Shown here: positions 47,882 to 56,754 of the stretch, one piece after another | How the letters are laid out: every line of letters begins with the position of its first letter | Numbering within the stretch: position 1 is the first letter of the stretch | NCBI GenBank assembly: GCA_001782235.1 | Contig: MFOC01000002.1 | Span: 106,912-170,911, forward strand | Length of the DNA: 64,000 nucleotides | Direction: 5' to 3' | DNA from: Candidatus Levybacteria bacterium RIFCSPHIGHO2_02_FULL_40_18 | GTDB taxonomy: Bacteria > Patescibacteriota > Microgenomatia > Levybacterales > GWA1-39-11 | Notes under the pieces: model-generated | What the model saw: the letters and a program-made list of their open reading frames with translations, nothing else | Told to the model about the DNA's origin: nothing | The model's database searches: none | Made by a program: the position numbers and the translations under genes

Positions 47882-47906
47882 GCTTGCCCTGAGCGGAGTC
47901 GAAGGG
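47882..47906. repeat. Free REP-like element GCTTGCCCTGAGCGGAGTCGAAGGG
   Basis: Intact form of the nested insert at 42272..42319. Confidence 0.75.
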
Positions 47907-48057
47907 AGAAATAAAATTATTTCTGTTTTTTTGGTTTTCGCTTTTCGCGCTTTTTATGAGTCCTTTTCTCCGCCATATATTTTATATTAACCTATTCTAA
48001 ACTTTTTGCAAATGGGCGGGGTTTGACCTTATTCGCTCAATGTGAGAAGCTTGTCTT

Positions 48058-48396
48058 ATGAATCAAACTTGCCCTACATGCAACTTTGCTATTTCGGAAA
48101 ATTTTAATTTTTGCCCTAATTGCGGAAAAATGCTTAAGGAACCGCAACTGCCGATTTCTCTTGAAAAACAAATAAAAGTATACGCCATAAGTATCCTGCT
48201 TCCTCCTCTGGGGCTTTGGCCTGGAATAAAATATCTTACCGGGAAAAATGAAAAAGCCAAGACCGTTGGGATTGTTGCAATAATATTGACGATCATTTCA
48301 ATAATTATTACCGTTTGGTTAACAATCGGTTTTGTAAGCCAATTAAACAACGGCCTCAACGGCCAACTCCAACAATACCAAGACCTGGGAATTTAG
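48058..48396 (+). CDS. Zinc-ribbon membrane protein
   Basis: CPTC...FCPNCG followed by two TM segments. Confidence 0.8.
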   Translation: MNQTCPTCNFAISENFNFCPNCGKMLKEPQLPISLEKQIKVYAISILLPPLGLWPGIKYLTGKNEKAKTVGIVAIILTIISIIITVWLTIGFVSQLNNGLNGQLQQYQDLGI

Positions 48397-48437
48397 AACA
48401 TGGAAACAAAAGATAAGCCTCCCCCGCCCCTAGTTTA

Positions 48438-48455
48438 AGGCTAAAATTAAGCAAC
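48438..48455. repeat. 18-bp direct repeat, copy 1
   Basis: aggctaaaattaagcaac, identical at 49068..49085. Confidence 0.9.
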
Positions 48456-48495
48456 CCAATATTGCTTTTTGGAAACTCTGGGATATAATGGGGTA

Positions 48496-49055
48496 ATGTC
48501 TGGACTATTTGCATTTATTTTCCTTATATCTCTCGTTCTTTTGCCTATAAGTCTAATTAAGCCGGATCTAGTTTCACGTTTTGTAAACACTACGCGGAAA
48601 AGAAACGGAATATTCTTTGGAACCCTTGCAATTGTTTCATTTGCACTATTTGGACTTACCACTCCACCGGCACCATTAAACGTGACCGACACAAATGGCG
48701 CTTCGATATCTGCAACCCCTACAGCCATCCCAACTGCTACTAGTATCCCTGCAACGAATACACCATCTCCGACTCTGTCTGAGCCGACACCTGAACCCAC
48801 AAAGATACCAACGGCAACTACCAAGCCCACTCCAACTTTAAAACCAGTTTATATCCAGTCAACCTCGACACCTACTCCACAAACTCAGACATTCTCACCA
48901 ACCACGCCACCATCGACCGGCGGTTATGTTTGTAACTGCGCAAAAACTTGTCCGAATTTATCTTGTGATGAAGCTCAATATCAGTTAAACGTCGTGGGTG
49001 TGGTCAAAGAGATGCTGATAATGATGGCATCGCCTGCGACACCCAATGCCAATAG
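48496..49055 (+). pseudogene. Membrane-anchored Pro/Thr-linker protein with excalibur-like Ca-binding domain, frameshifted near 48994
   Basis: CNCAKTCPNLSCDEAQYQLN continues in another frame as GCGQRDADNDGIACDTQCQ*; could be a sequencing error. Confidence 0.75.
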
Positions 49056-49067
49056 CCACGACTATTG

Positions 49068-49085
49068 AGGCTAAAATTAAGCAAC
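49068..49085. repeat. 18-bp direct repeat, copy 2
   Basis: aggctaaaattaagcaac. Confidence 0.9.
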
Positions 49086-49133
49086 TGTAGACGAATTTTA
49101 CAGAGTGTGGGATAAATAGGTGCGAAGAAAAAA

Positions 49134-49325
49134 TTATCTAATAACATTTTTCAAAGCTACGGTATTTTCACCCTCATCTTGAATAGCAATATCCAAACCC
49201 TCAAAAGCACAATCGATGAATTTATTATTTTTGCCTTTGTTCAAAATGCCTACTCTTTTTCTTGTATCTCTTCCGAGTACCACGTTTATCTTAGGATCTA
49301 TTTTTATTAAGTTATAATCAATCAT
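49134..49325 (-). CDS. Small hypothetical protein
   Basis: 63-aa ORF with a strong AGGAGGTGA Shine-Dalgarno 5 nt upstream. Confidence 0.6.
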   Translation of the reverse strand: MIDYNLIKIDPKINVVLGRDTRKRVGILNKGKNNKFIDCAFEGLDIAIQDEGENTVALKNVIR

Positions 49326-49330
49326 TCAGA

Positions 49331-49474
49331 TCACCTCCTGTGTTTTGTTCCGTGTTTTTGACTCAATGCACTACCGGCAGTTGATCTAGCTGCCCGGTTA
49401 TTATATCTTTTGCTCCCTAAGATTTTAGAAGCTTTTTTCGCCACTCTTCTACTTGTTGTCTTCGGATGCGCCAT
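49331..49474 (-). CDS. 47-aa basic protein (not in the ORF track)
   Basis: MAHPKTTSRRVAKKASKILGSKRYNNRAARSTAGSALSQKHGTKHRR; GGTGGTGA SD-like motif upstream; in line with its neighbours. Confidence 0.7.
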   Translation of the reverse strand: MAHPKTTSRRVAKKASKILGSKRYNNRAARSTAGSALSQKHGTKHRR

Positions 49475-49507
49475 AATTTATCACCACCAATGTTTTACTA
49501 AAGAATT

Positions 49508-49735
49508 CTAACCTGTATTATACTGTGACAAACAGTAAGCACAGGCGTCATATGACGAATTCTCAGAAAGCCATGCGACAAGGTTTGATTCCTGAGTTGA
49601 TACTAAATACCTAAGCTTCCTTATTTCATTAATCTGACATTCAAATGGCCCATATTTTTCATTATCTAAATCATGCACCTCTAACCGTACAGGATTGTCA
49701 TTTATTAGAAACCTATATCTTGGATCTCTGCGCAT
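49508..49735 (-). CDS. Small Cys/His-containing hypothetical protein
   Basis: EVHDLDNEK...CQINEI...YDACAYC, possible metal-binding residues; divergent from lexA. Confidence 0.65.
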   Translation of the reverse strand: MRRDPRYRFLINDNPVRLEVHDLDNEKYGPFECQINEIRKLRYLVSTQESNLVAWLSENSSYDACAYCLSQYNTG

Positions 49736-49759
49736 AAAAATACCACAACCTTTTTCTAC

Positions 49760-49788
49760 TTGACATGATACCTGAAAAGTGGTACTTT
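49760..49788 (+). promoter_or_regulatory. Putative sigma70 promoter for lexA
   Basis: TTGACA-N17-TACTTT upstream of 49811; TACC-N8-GGTA inverted repeat overlapping the spacer. Confidence 0.5.
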
Positions 49789-49810
49789 ATCAAGGTGGGA
49801 TATAAATACC

Positions 49811-50437
49811 ATGAAAGACTTGACTAAAAAGGATCAGAATACATTACGTTTTATCATTCAATATCAAACATCTAATGGATACTCTCCTTCTATGAGGGAA
49901 ATTAAAGACGCCATTGGCACAAAATCTACAAGAGGAGCAACGCTGCATTTAGATAAACTTAACAATCTCGGATATATTAAACGTAATCCAAATTCAAGGC
50001 GTGCAATAAAAATCCTTTTAAACCCTTTCGAAGATAAAAAAAAGAAAATAAGAGTTCCTATTGTAGCAGAGGTAAAAGCAGGCTATGGAGGCTACACCGA
50101 GGAAAATATCCAGGGATATAAAGAAATTCCAACAGGCTTAACGCAAGGAAGAAAGGATGTAGTACTTTTAAAGATAAGAGGGGAAAGCATGTCGAAGGCT
50201 GGATTTAATAATGGAGACCTCGCAATAGTAATCCCACAAAATACTGCTTACAACGGAGATATTGTTGTAGTTTTCGATGAGGAAGAACGAGACGAAACAA
50301 TTAAAAGATTTAAAAAACTAGAAAATTATGCAATACTCTTACCAGAATCTTATGATCAAAGCTACCAACCAAGGATAGGCACTCATTTTACAATACAGGG
50401 AAAAGTTATTGGTAAACTACCAAATCAATTTGTTTAA
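49811..50437 (+). CDS. lexA: LexA-family repressor (winged HTH plus S24 peptidase)
   Basis: GYSPSMREI, RRAIKI, Ala-Gly site VKAG, catalytic GESM and TIKRF. Confidence 0.9.
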   Translation: MKDLTKKDQNTLRFIIQYQTSNGYSPSMREIKDAIGTKSTRGATLHLDKLNNLGYIKRNPNSRRAIKILLNPFEDKKKKIRVPIVAEVKAGYGGYTEENIQGYKEIPTGLTQGRKDVVLLKIRGESMSKAGFNNGDLAIVIPQNTAYNGDIVVVFDEEERDETIKRFKKLENYAILLPESYDQSYQPRIGTHFTIQGKVIGKLPNQFV

Positions 50438-50560
50438 TACTAGAAAAATTTGTCAAAAAAATGGTACGATATTTTTAGAACCAAGAAGCAAGAAATATAA
50501 AAATATCTATCCCAAGTCGTTAGAAATTAGAGGAAAATTTTTTGGTTTAATAAGGAAATA

Positions 50561-52192
50561 ATGAATTTTAAAGCAAACGAAAGCAAGCAAAAATTAAGAG
50601 GTGGTTATTATACACCATTGGATTTAGCTGTCTTTTTGACTAAATGGATATGCGAGATTAATCCTAAAAATGTGCTAGAACCAAGCTGTGGAGATGGTAT
50701 TTTTTTTGAGGCACTCTCAAGAATTAATGGACCAAGTAATATAGCTGCAACAGCTTTTGAAATAGATAAAAACGAGGCGTTAAGAGCCAAAAAGAGGGCG
50801 GAGCGTTTCAAAATTAATACTGAAGTGTACCCCACTGATTTTCTAGCATGGTCAATAAAAAAAATGATCTCCGGAGACTTACCATTTGATGCAGTATTAG
50901 GTAATCCTCCTTTTATACGTTACCAATATTTACCTGAAGGATTTCAAGAGAACACCGAGGAAATATTTAACTTATTAAATCTTCCATTTACAAAGCACAC
51001 CAATGCATGGGTTCCTTTTATCTTAGCATCTATAGCGTTGCTTAAGCCAGGTGGAAGACTTGCAATGGTCATACCTTCTGAAATAATACACATACCTTAT
51101 GCTCAATCCCTCAGAACATATTTAGGTAAAGAATGTCATAAAATAGTTATCATAGACCCACAGGAACTTTGGTTTGAAGATACGCTACAAGGCGCTGTAT
51201 TACTGCTTGCAGAAAAAAAACAGGAGCATCAAGACACAGAGGGTCTGGGAATTTACCCAGTAAGAAATCGCGAATTTTTAGATCTCGATCCTTATCGTAT
51301 TTTCTCTGCTCCCAAATCCATAAACGGTAAAACTGTTGAGGGGAAATGGACACGGGCACTACTAGATCTTGAGACACGCACTTTATTAGATAAGTTGTCA
51401 GAACATCCAAGAATATTTCGATTTAAAGATATTGCAGACGTGGATGTTGGCATAGTAACAGGAGCCAACAATTATTTTCTTATAAATGACGAGGTAGTGG
51501 CTAAGTTCAGATTATCGAAGTGGATATATCCAATGTTTGGCAGGAGCGAACATTGTCCAGGTGTAATATATAATGAGAAACAACATCAGGAGAATATCAA
51601 GAATGGCAAACCTACAAACTTCGTATGGTTTAAGGATAAATCGGCCCAAAACGATCCCGCTGCCAAAGCATATATTAGTTATGGAAAAAAACAAAACCTT
51701 CATACTAGATACAAATGCCGTACTCGTAATCTTTGGTACTCTGTTCCCTCTGTTTACTCTACAGAAATTGGTATGTTAAAAAGAGCGCACGATACCCCTC
51801 GTCTCATTTTTAATAAAATAAGTGCTTTTACCACTGATACCGCCTATAGAATAAAAAGTCGTATAAAACCAGAGAGGCTGGTCGGAAGCTTTATTAACTC
51901 GCTAACAGCACTCAGTACTGAAATTGAGGGACGTCATTATGGCGGTGGTGTTCTTGAGCTCGTTCCTTCTGAGATAGAACGATTGCTAATACCATTACCA
52001 CATCAAGTATCCACGAGCGTTGGCGATTTAGACCATAGTATCAGGTCTATGCCTATAGAAAATGTGCTGTCATTGCAAGATGGTAGAATTCTTAAGGGAC
52101 TGGGACTTTCAAGAGTTAGTCAACAGCAATTATTTAATGCTTGGAGCGAACTTAGAAATCGCCGACAACGTGTCTCGTCAGATTTAAACTAA
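50561..52192 (+). CDS. N6-adenine DNA methyltransferase, gamma class
   Basis: GGYYTP, LEPSCGDGIF (motif I), GNPPFIRYQ (motif IV), C-terminal target-recognition region. Confidence 0.92.
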   Translation: MNFKANESKQKLRGGYYTPLDLAVFLTKWICEINPKNVLEPSCGDGIFFEALSRINGPSNIAATAFEIDKNEALRAKKRAERFKINTEVYPTDFLAWSIKKMISGDLPFDAVLGNPPFIRYQYLPEGFQENTEEIFNLLNLPFTKHTNAWVPFILASIALLKPGGRLAMVIPSEIIHIPYAQSLRTYLGKECHKIVIIDPQELWFEDTLQGAVLLLAEKKQEHQDTEGLGIYPVRNREFLDLDPYRIFSAPKSINGKTVEGKWTRALLDLETRTLLDKLSEHPRIFRFKDIADVDVGIVTGANNYFLINDEVVAKFRLSKWIYPMFGRSEHCPGVIYNEKQHQENIKNGKPTNFVWFKDKSAQNDPAAKAYISYGKKQNLHTRYKCRTRNLWYSVPSVYSTEIGMLKRAHDTPRLIFNKISAFTTDTAYRIKSRIKPERLVGSFINSLTALSTEIEGRHYGGGVLELVPSEIERLLIPLPHQVSTSVGDLDHSIRSMPIENVLSLQDGRILKGLGLSRVSQQQLFNAWSELRNRRQRVSSDLN

Positions 52193-53352
52193 TCAATTTC
52201 GAGAACAAATCTAACAAGATTTGATTCGTCTCTATACAAAGAAAGAGTTCTTCCTATGAGATTACGCTGAGCCACATACTCTTTGGCTAGTCCCCAGCTT
52301 AGACGGGTCATGGCGTTGTGTTGTTTATAACTAGCACTTGTTGTACTAAAACTATGCGCAATCCTTAATTGAAAATCTCCATAAGATATTCCTTTTATCA
52401 TTAACTGAAACTCTGCCTTGGCTTCCTCCACACTTCTAGATTTTTTTGCCCACTTGAGCCCGGCAAATATCTCCTTACGAAAGTAATGCCGATGATCAAC
52501 ATGCTCATCCAGTCTTCCCTTATCTAGACTTATCGATCCAGCAGCATGCGTGTTTCGGCTGCTAGGAACGTTCAGATCGCGTTCCGTGAGAGGCTTACTA
52601 TCCCAAACATGCTCAAGATTAGTAGACACTAGGTATGAGGGTAAATTTTTTGATGGTTTTGGACGAAGTATTGCGGGTTTGGATTTCGCACGCCTTATAG
52701 TCCGAGGTAGAAACGGAATTACAAGTTTTATTCGAGGAACCGTATCCGTTTTCGTTGTCCTCCCCGTAGATATCGGCCTGGGAGGCTGAGCTTCTGCTTC
52801 ATCCAGAAGACGACCTGTTTTTAACAGTAAATCAAGTTCGGATGATTTTTGGATTAGAGAGACATTCTCCGGGAATCGATCAAGTAATTGCTTGAATTGT
52901 GCCTCAATATTACTAACAAGTTTTTTGTCACTTCGTTCATTCATATCCAAATCAAGCATAAGGCCACCCTCTATATTATTATTTAAACCTCCTGGCGTGA
53001 AATTTCCGCTCCCTATTACAAGACGCGTATTGTTTTCTCCTTTGGCTAGATATAACTTAGGATGAAATATTATTCCTCTTGATCCAGTATCCACAACAAA
53101 AACTGAAGTTTTTATTTTTAAAAGTCTGGCTAGTCCTTGTTTTGAGGTTATATCGTTTCTTATTCCAGCAAAAACTGAGACTTTGTTAGCAAGAGGTGTT
53201 AAGTCTTTTTCCAAGTTACGAACCCCTTCTTCGTTCACAAAAGCTGTACCTATAATTATTTTTTTAAGCTTGGGAACTTTTAATACCCAACGAACAGCGT
53301 CAATGAAAGTATCGGCAACGATTCCCTGAAGAAAAAAATCATTCTTAGCCAT
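52189..53352 (-). CDS. Phospholipase-D-family (BfiI-like) restriction endonuclease
   Basis: FHPKLY...IGSGNFT...NNIE single HxK motif; convergent with the MTase. Confidence 0.82.
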   Translation of the reverse strand: MAKNDFFLQGIVADTFIDAVRWVLKVPKLKKIIIGTAFVNEEGVRNLEKDLTPLANKVSVFAGIRNDITSKQGLARLLKIKTSVFVVDTGSRGIIFHPKLYLAKGENNTRLVIGSGNFTPGGLNNNIEGGLMLDLDMNERSDKKLVSNIEAQFKQLLDRFPENVSLIQKSSELDLLLKTGRLLDEAEAQPPRPISTGRTTKTDTVPRIKLVIPFLPRTIRRAKSKPAILRPKPSKNLPSYLVSTNLEHVWDSKPLTERDLNVPSSRNTHAAGSISLDKGRLDEHVDHRHYFRKEIFAGLKWAKKSRSVEEAKAEFQLMIKGISYGDFQLRIAHSFSTTSASYKQHNAMTRLSWGLAKEYVAQRNLIGRTLSLYRDESNLVRFVLEID

Positions 53353-53395
53353 ATAGATTAGGATTATACTGCTTTTTGGGGTGTTTATTAAAGGG

Positions 53396-54160
53396 TTAGC
53401 GGGTGGGGATTTGGATGAATGGGGTTCCGCTTGTTGCGTTGGGGAGTTTACCGTCCCACTTTTGAACTGCCAGGAATTGAAGATATTCGGGAGTTAAACT
53501 TCCGTTATTTCTTAAAATCAACTGGGCATCTGCTTGACCCTGAGCTTGGGTTATCGCAGTTTCGGCCTCAATTTTGGCTCTTTCAAGATTTTGCTGAGCT
53601 ACCTGTTTCTGCTCAATTGCGTGATTGAAGTCGTCTGAAAACTGGAAATTAACAATATTGAAATCATCAACGATTACATTAAACCTATTTAATCTGTCCT
53701 TTAAATGTTCAAACGCTTCTTTTTTAACGGCCTCTCTTTTTGTAATCAATTCCGCCGCGGTAAATTTGGCGGTTGTTGCTTTAAATGCTTCCTGAATTGC
53801 TGGGTCAATAATTCTGAATTTATATTCCGGCCCGATATTCTGATAAACCTCAACCGCTTTTTCCGCTCTTAAGTGATAATTGAGAGCAATTGTTGACTTT
53901 ACTTCCTGCAAATCCTTTGAAGCGGCCTGTGCGTCAACCTGATCCTTCTGGGTCCTCGTTTCCATAATCGTAATCCCTTCAACTATCGGAAATTTTAAAT
54001 TAAGTCCGGGATTGACTACTCTATTCACCGCTCCAAGTCTTGTTATAACTCCTACACTTCCGGCCCGAACGATTGCAAAAGAGGTTAAAAATAAAATCAG
54101 AACTAAAACAAATAAAACACCTGCCACGACCAGTTTGGGCACATTATTTTGCAATTCCAT
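53396..54160 (-). CDS. Prohibitin/SPFH (band 7) family protein
   Basis: N-terminal TM, ASKDLQEV, AEELIT-like AAELITKRE, AIEQKQVAQQ, KWDGKLP; start placed at MELQN. Confidence 0.9.
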   Translation of the reverse strand: MELQNNVPKLVVAGVLFVLVLILFLTSFAIVRAGSVGVITRLGAVNRVVNPGLNLKFPIVEGITIMETRTQKDQVDAQAASKDLQEVKSTIALNYHLRAEKAVEVYQNIGPEYKFRIIDPAIQEAFKATTAKFTAAELITKREAVKKEAFEHLKDRLNRFNVIVDDFNIVNFQFSDDFNHAIEQKQVAQQNLERAKIEAETAITQAQGQADAQLILRNNGSLTPEYLQFLAVQKWDGKLPNATSGTPFIQIPTR

Positions 54161-54291
54161 AATTGTCGCCATATTATACTGCTTTTCCCGTGAAAAAACT
54201 ATCCTTCGGTGGATACGAATTTTTCAGGGTAAACTCTTCAATCCGCCAATTAGAGAACTCTAGATAAGGCGGGTTTTAGGGGTTAAAGGGA

Positions 54292-55602
54292 CTATTCTCC
54301 TGCATACACGTCACAACCGTCGTCATCTGTGGCAATACCTTCATCATAATGGATCTCCCCGTGCGCATGCTCCTGATCTATTGTGTCATCAAAGTCATTT
54401 CGAGTATCCCAATCCTCCTCTTCAAGTACTGCACTTTGAACTGCCATTCGGGCCTCATCAATCCGCCTCTGATTTGAATAATCGCTTGTCCTTTGCCCTC
54501 TGTTTCCAATTCTCGTTATGGTATTATTGCTTCTTGAATCTAAAACTCTGATAGAGGATGCTATGCTTCGCGGAGTAATGGTTTGCGCATTAAATGGATT
54601 CTTACTCGCAGCTATTAACCCTTCGAGAATTTTTCGCCTTGACTTTACTAATGTCTCTAGAAATCCTCGGTCTAACTCGCCTACCATCGGAATAGGCACA
54701 TTAAACACCTGCTGTTTTGACCCTCTGATTGTAACTTTCGCAACTTGACCCTTAATATCTCCACTCTTAACAGCTTTTGCCGTTCCATCTGCAACTTCTA
54801 TTGCAACCATTACTTCCTTCGCCGCAACCTCTCTATACTCGCCTATTTCCCATCGGACGGCGGCAGCAAAACGGTCTCCAAATTTTTCAGAAGAATATAC
54901 AAGTTCGGTACTTTTTTCGTTGTCTCCTATTGCTTCAATCAGAGACAGTGCGCCAAGCCTTTCGGCCGTCAATCTTCCTAATCTATACATTATCTGACCG
55001 TAGGTCAAATTAGCGAAGTCAGGAAGACCGTAATCTGTCCTTGCAGCGCTTGACATTCTTTGTCTAAGTAGATATTCTGCAGGGTCGAAAGTTGCAATAA
55101 GTCTATCAGAGGAAAAATCACTTGTTCTTTTGGGGTTTAAAACTGCCCGTTCAAGCGCTTCGGAGAACTTTTTTTGGTCTTCTTCAAGTTTTTCCTGAAA
55201 AGCAGTATCTCTAGCCGAATCGGCGGCAGGTGGTCTAAAGGGATAAAACAAATTGAATTCCGAGGAATCTGCTGAAAGAATCTTTGCCTTGCAACCAACG
55301 TAGTCGTAAGCAGTATTATAGCGCGTAAAAAAATGCTTTTCTTTACCTTCTCGAAATGAGAAGTAAAATTTTATTTCGCTTGCTTCTGTTCTGTCTTCAT
55401 TGAAATCCCAGCAAACAGAAGACGCATAATAATTTCCGTCTTGCGGTCTTGTTATTAAAAGCAAAGCATCAGGGTATTCGGACTGCATTTTATTCCAAAA
55501 ATCCACCAGCCCGTAAAACTTCGTCGCTCCCCTGCTACGCTTATACTCCTTTTCATTTAAAGAAGGCTCTTTCTCAAATGAAATATTTGCCTCAGGCGCC
55601 AT
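54292..55602 (-). CDS. Hypothetical protein with acidic C-terminus
   Basis: 436-aa ORF with TATAAT 9 nt before the ATG; no recognisable motif. Confidence 0.7.
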   Translation of the reverse strand: MAPEANISFEKEPSLNEKEYKRSRGATKFYGLVDFWNKMQSEYPDALLLITRPQDGNYYASSVCWDFNEDRTEASEIKFYFSFREGKEKHFFTRYNTAYDYVGCKAKILSADSSEFNLFYPFRPPAADSARDTAFQEKLEEDQKKFSEALERAVLNPKRTSDFSSDRLIATFDPAEYLLRQRMSSAARTDYGLPDFANLTYGQIMYRLGRLTAERLGALSLIEAIGDNEKSTELVYSSEKFGDRFAAAVRWEIGEYREVAAKEVMVAIEVADGTAKAVKSGDIKGQVAKVTIRGSKQQVFNVPIPMVGELDRGFLETLVKSRRKILEGLIAASKNPFNAQTITPRSIASSIRVLDSRSNNTITRIGNRGQRTSDYSNQRRIDEARMAVQSAVLEEEDWDTRNDFDDTIDQEHAHGEIHYDEGIATDDDGCDVYAGE

Positions 55603-55649
55603 ACTAGACGGATTATACTCCCTTTTCCCTAAATCTGCCAGCCAGGGGT

Positions 55650-56267
55650 TTAAAGAGTTAAGGGGTTGGGGGAGGATTTTTGATCAGGTTGGTATAAATG
55701 CAAATACAGCCTCACATATCGAGGATCAAGTTTTGCATCATCTATCGGTCTTGTGTATATATACAATTTGTAAAGCTCTTCCGGAACATCTTGTATCTGA
55801 GGGAATGTATAAATCAGATTTTCCCCCGCTTTTCTAATATTTGTGGTACCCGGATACCTTATTTGCCGGTGATATCTACAAGCAATAAATGCGCCCATAT
55901 CTGGAACGTTTGACATCAGATAGGAAAGGGTACCAGGAGTCTCAACCGAAACTGTAATACTAAGACCTTCATGGGTCTGTTTAACCTCATACTTTCCGTC
56001 TATTGTAGTCAACCATGCCGCTTCCTTTATCTTTCGTTTTTCTGTATCGCTTAAAGGTTTACCCTCCGCAATTTTTCGTTTCGCGGGAAGACTTATGTCA
56101 GCGGCGATCACGCCTTTTTCCATGGGGTGAATTTCGACTCCCGGCGGAGTCAAAACACCATTAATTTTGTATTCCGGAAAATATCTATAAAATCTTTTAT
56201 ACTCGGCTTGTCTGTCTTTGAAAATGGCAAACCTCTCACGGGCAAGCCTAAGTCTTTCCCTTAACAT
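55650..56267 (-). CDS. Hypothetical protein
   Basis: 205-aa ORF with TATAAT 8 nt before the ATG. Confidence 0.68.
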   Translation of the reverse strand: MLRERLRLARERFAIFKDRQAEYKRFYRYFPEYKINGVLTPPGVEIHPMEKGVIAADISLPAKRKIAEGKPLSDTEKRKIKEAAWLTTIDGKYEVKQTHEGLSITVSVETPGTLSYLMSNVPDMGAFIACRYHRQIRYPGTTNIRKAGENLIYTFPQIQDVPEELYKLYIYTRPIDDAKLDPRYVRLYLHLYQPDQKSSPNPLTL

Positions 56268-56276
56268 AGTGCTGTA

Positions 56277-56663
56277 TTATACTACTTTTTGGCGGCGGCG
56301 GGCCTCGGCTGCGCGGACTTGGGCCTCATCCATTCCGAAATGGTGGGCGATTTCATGCCAAACCGTTAATTTAACAATTTCCTTCATGTCCTCTTCATCT
56401 CTTGATGCTCTCAGAATCGGGTTTTGAAAAATTGTTATCTTATCAGGCAGCACTCCGGAATAGTGACTTCCGCGTCTATCCTGCGCTACTCCTTCATATA
56501 GGCCGAAAAGAGTAATCCCGCGATGAAGTTTTAGTTTTCTTATTTGTTGCTCGGTGGGCTCGTCCTCTATTACAATCGCAACGTTATCTAATTTATCGAG
56601 AAATTCGGAAGGAATTGATTCTATTCCTTCATTTACTATCTCTTCAAACCTCGCCCTATCCAT
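56277..56663 (-). CDS. Zincin-like metallopeptidase family protein
   Basis: LDNVAIVIED, LFGLYEG, PDKITIFQNP, TVWHEIAHHFG. Confidence 0.9.
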   Translation of the reverse strand: MDRARFEEIVNEGIESIPSEFLDKLDNVAIVIEDEPTEQQIRKLKLHRGITLFGLYEGVAQDRRGSHYSGVLPDKITIFQNPILRASRDEEDMKEIVKLTVWHEIAHHFGMDEAQVRAAEARRRQKVV

Positions 56664-56713
56664 AGCCAATTCTAACACAATGGGAATTTTGGTAGTGCTT
56701 TGATATAGATTTG

Positions 56714-56748
56714 ACCTATTGACAATAGGTTGTAATGCAATGTATAAT
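56714..56748 (+). promoter_or_regulatory. Consensus sigma70 promoter with a palindrome over the -35 box
   Basis: TTGACA (56719)-N18-TATAAT (56743); acctattg-a-caataggt perfect inverted repeat at 56714..56730. Confidence 0.75.
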
Positions 56749-56754
56749 ACTTTT

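Noticed and set aside
48655-48920. Repetitive ACN/CCN-rich DNA
   Set aside because: Explained by a Pro/Thr linker at protein level, with no fixed nucleotide unit.
49086-53370. Prophage
   Set aside because: No integrase, terminase, structural or replication genes; only a repressor, small ORFs and an R-M-like pair.
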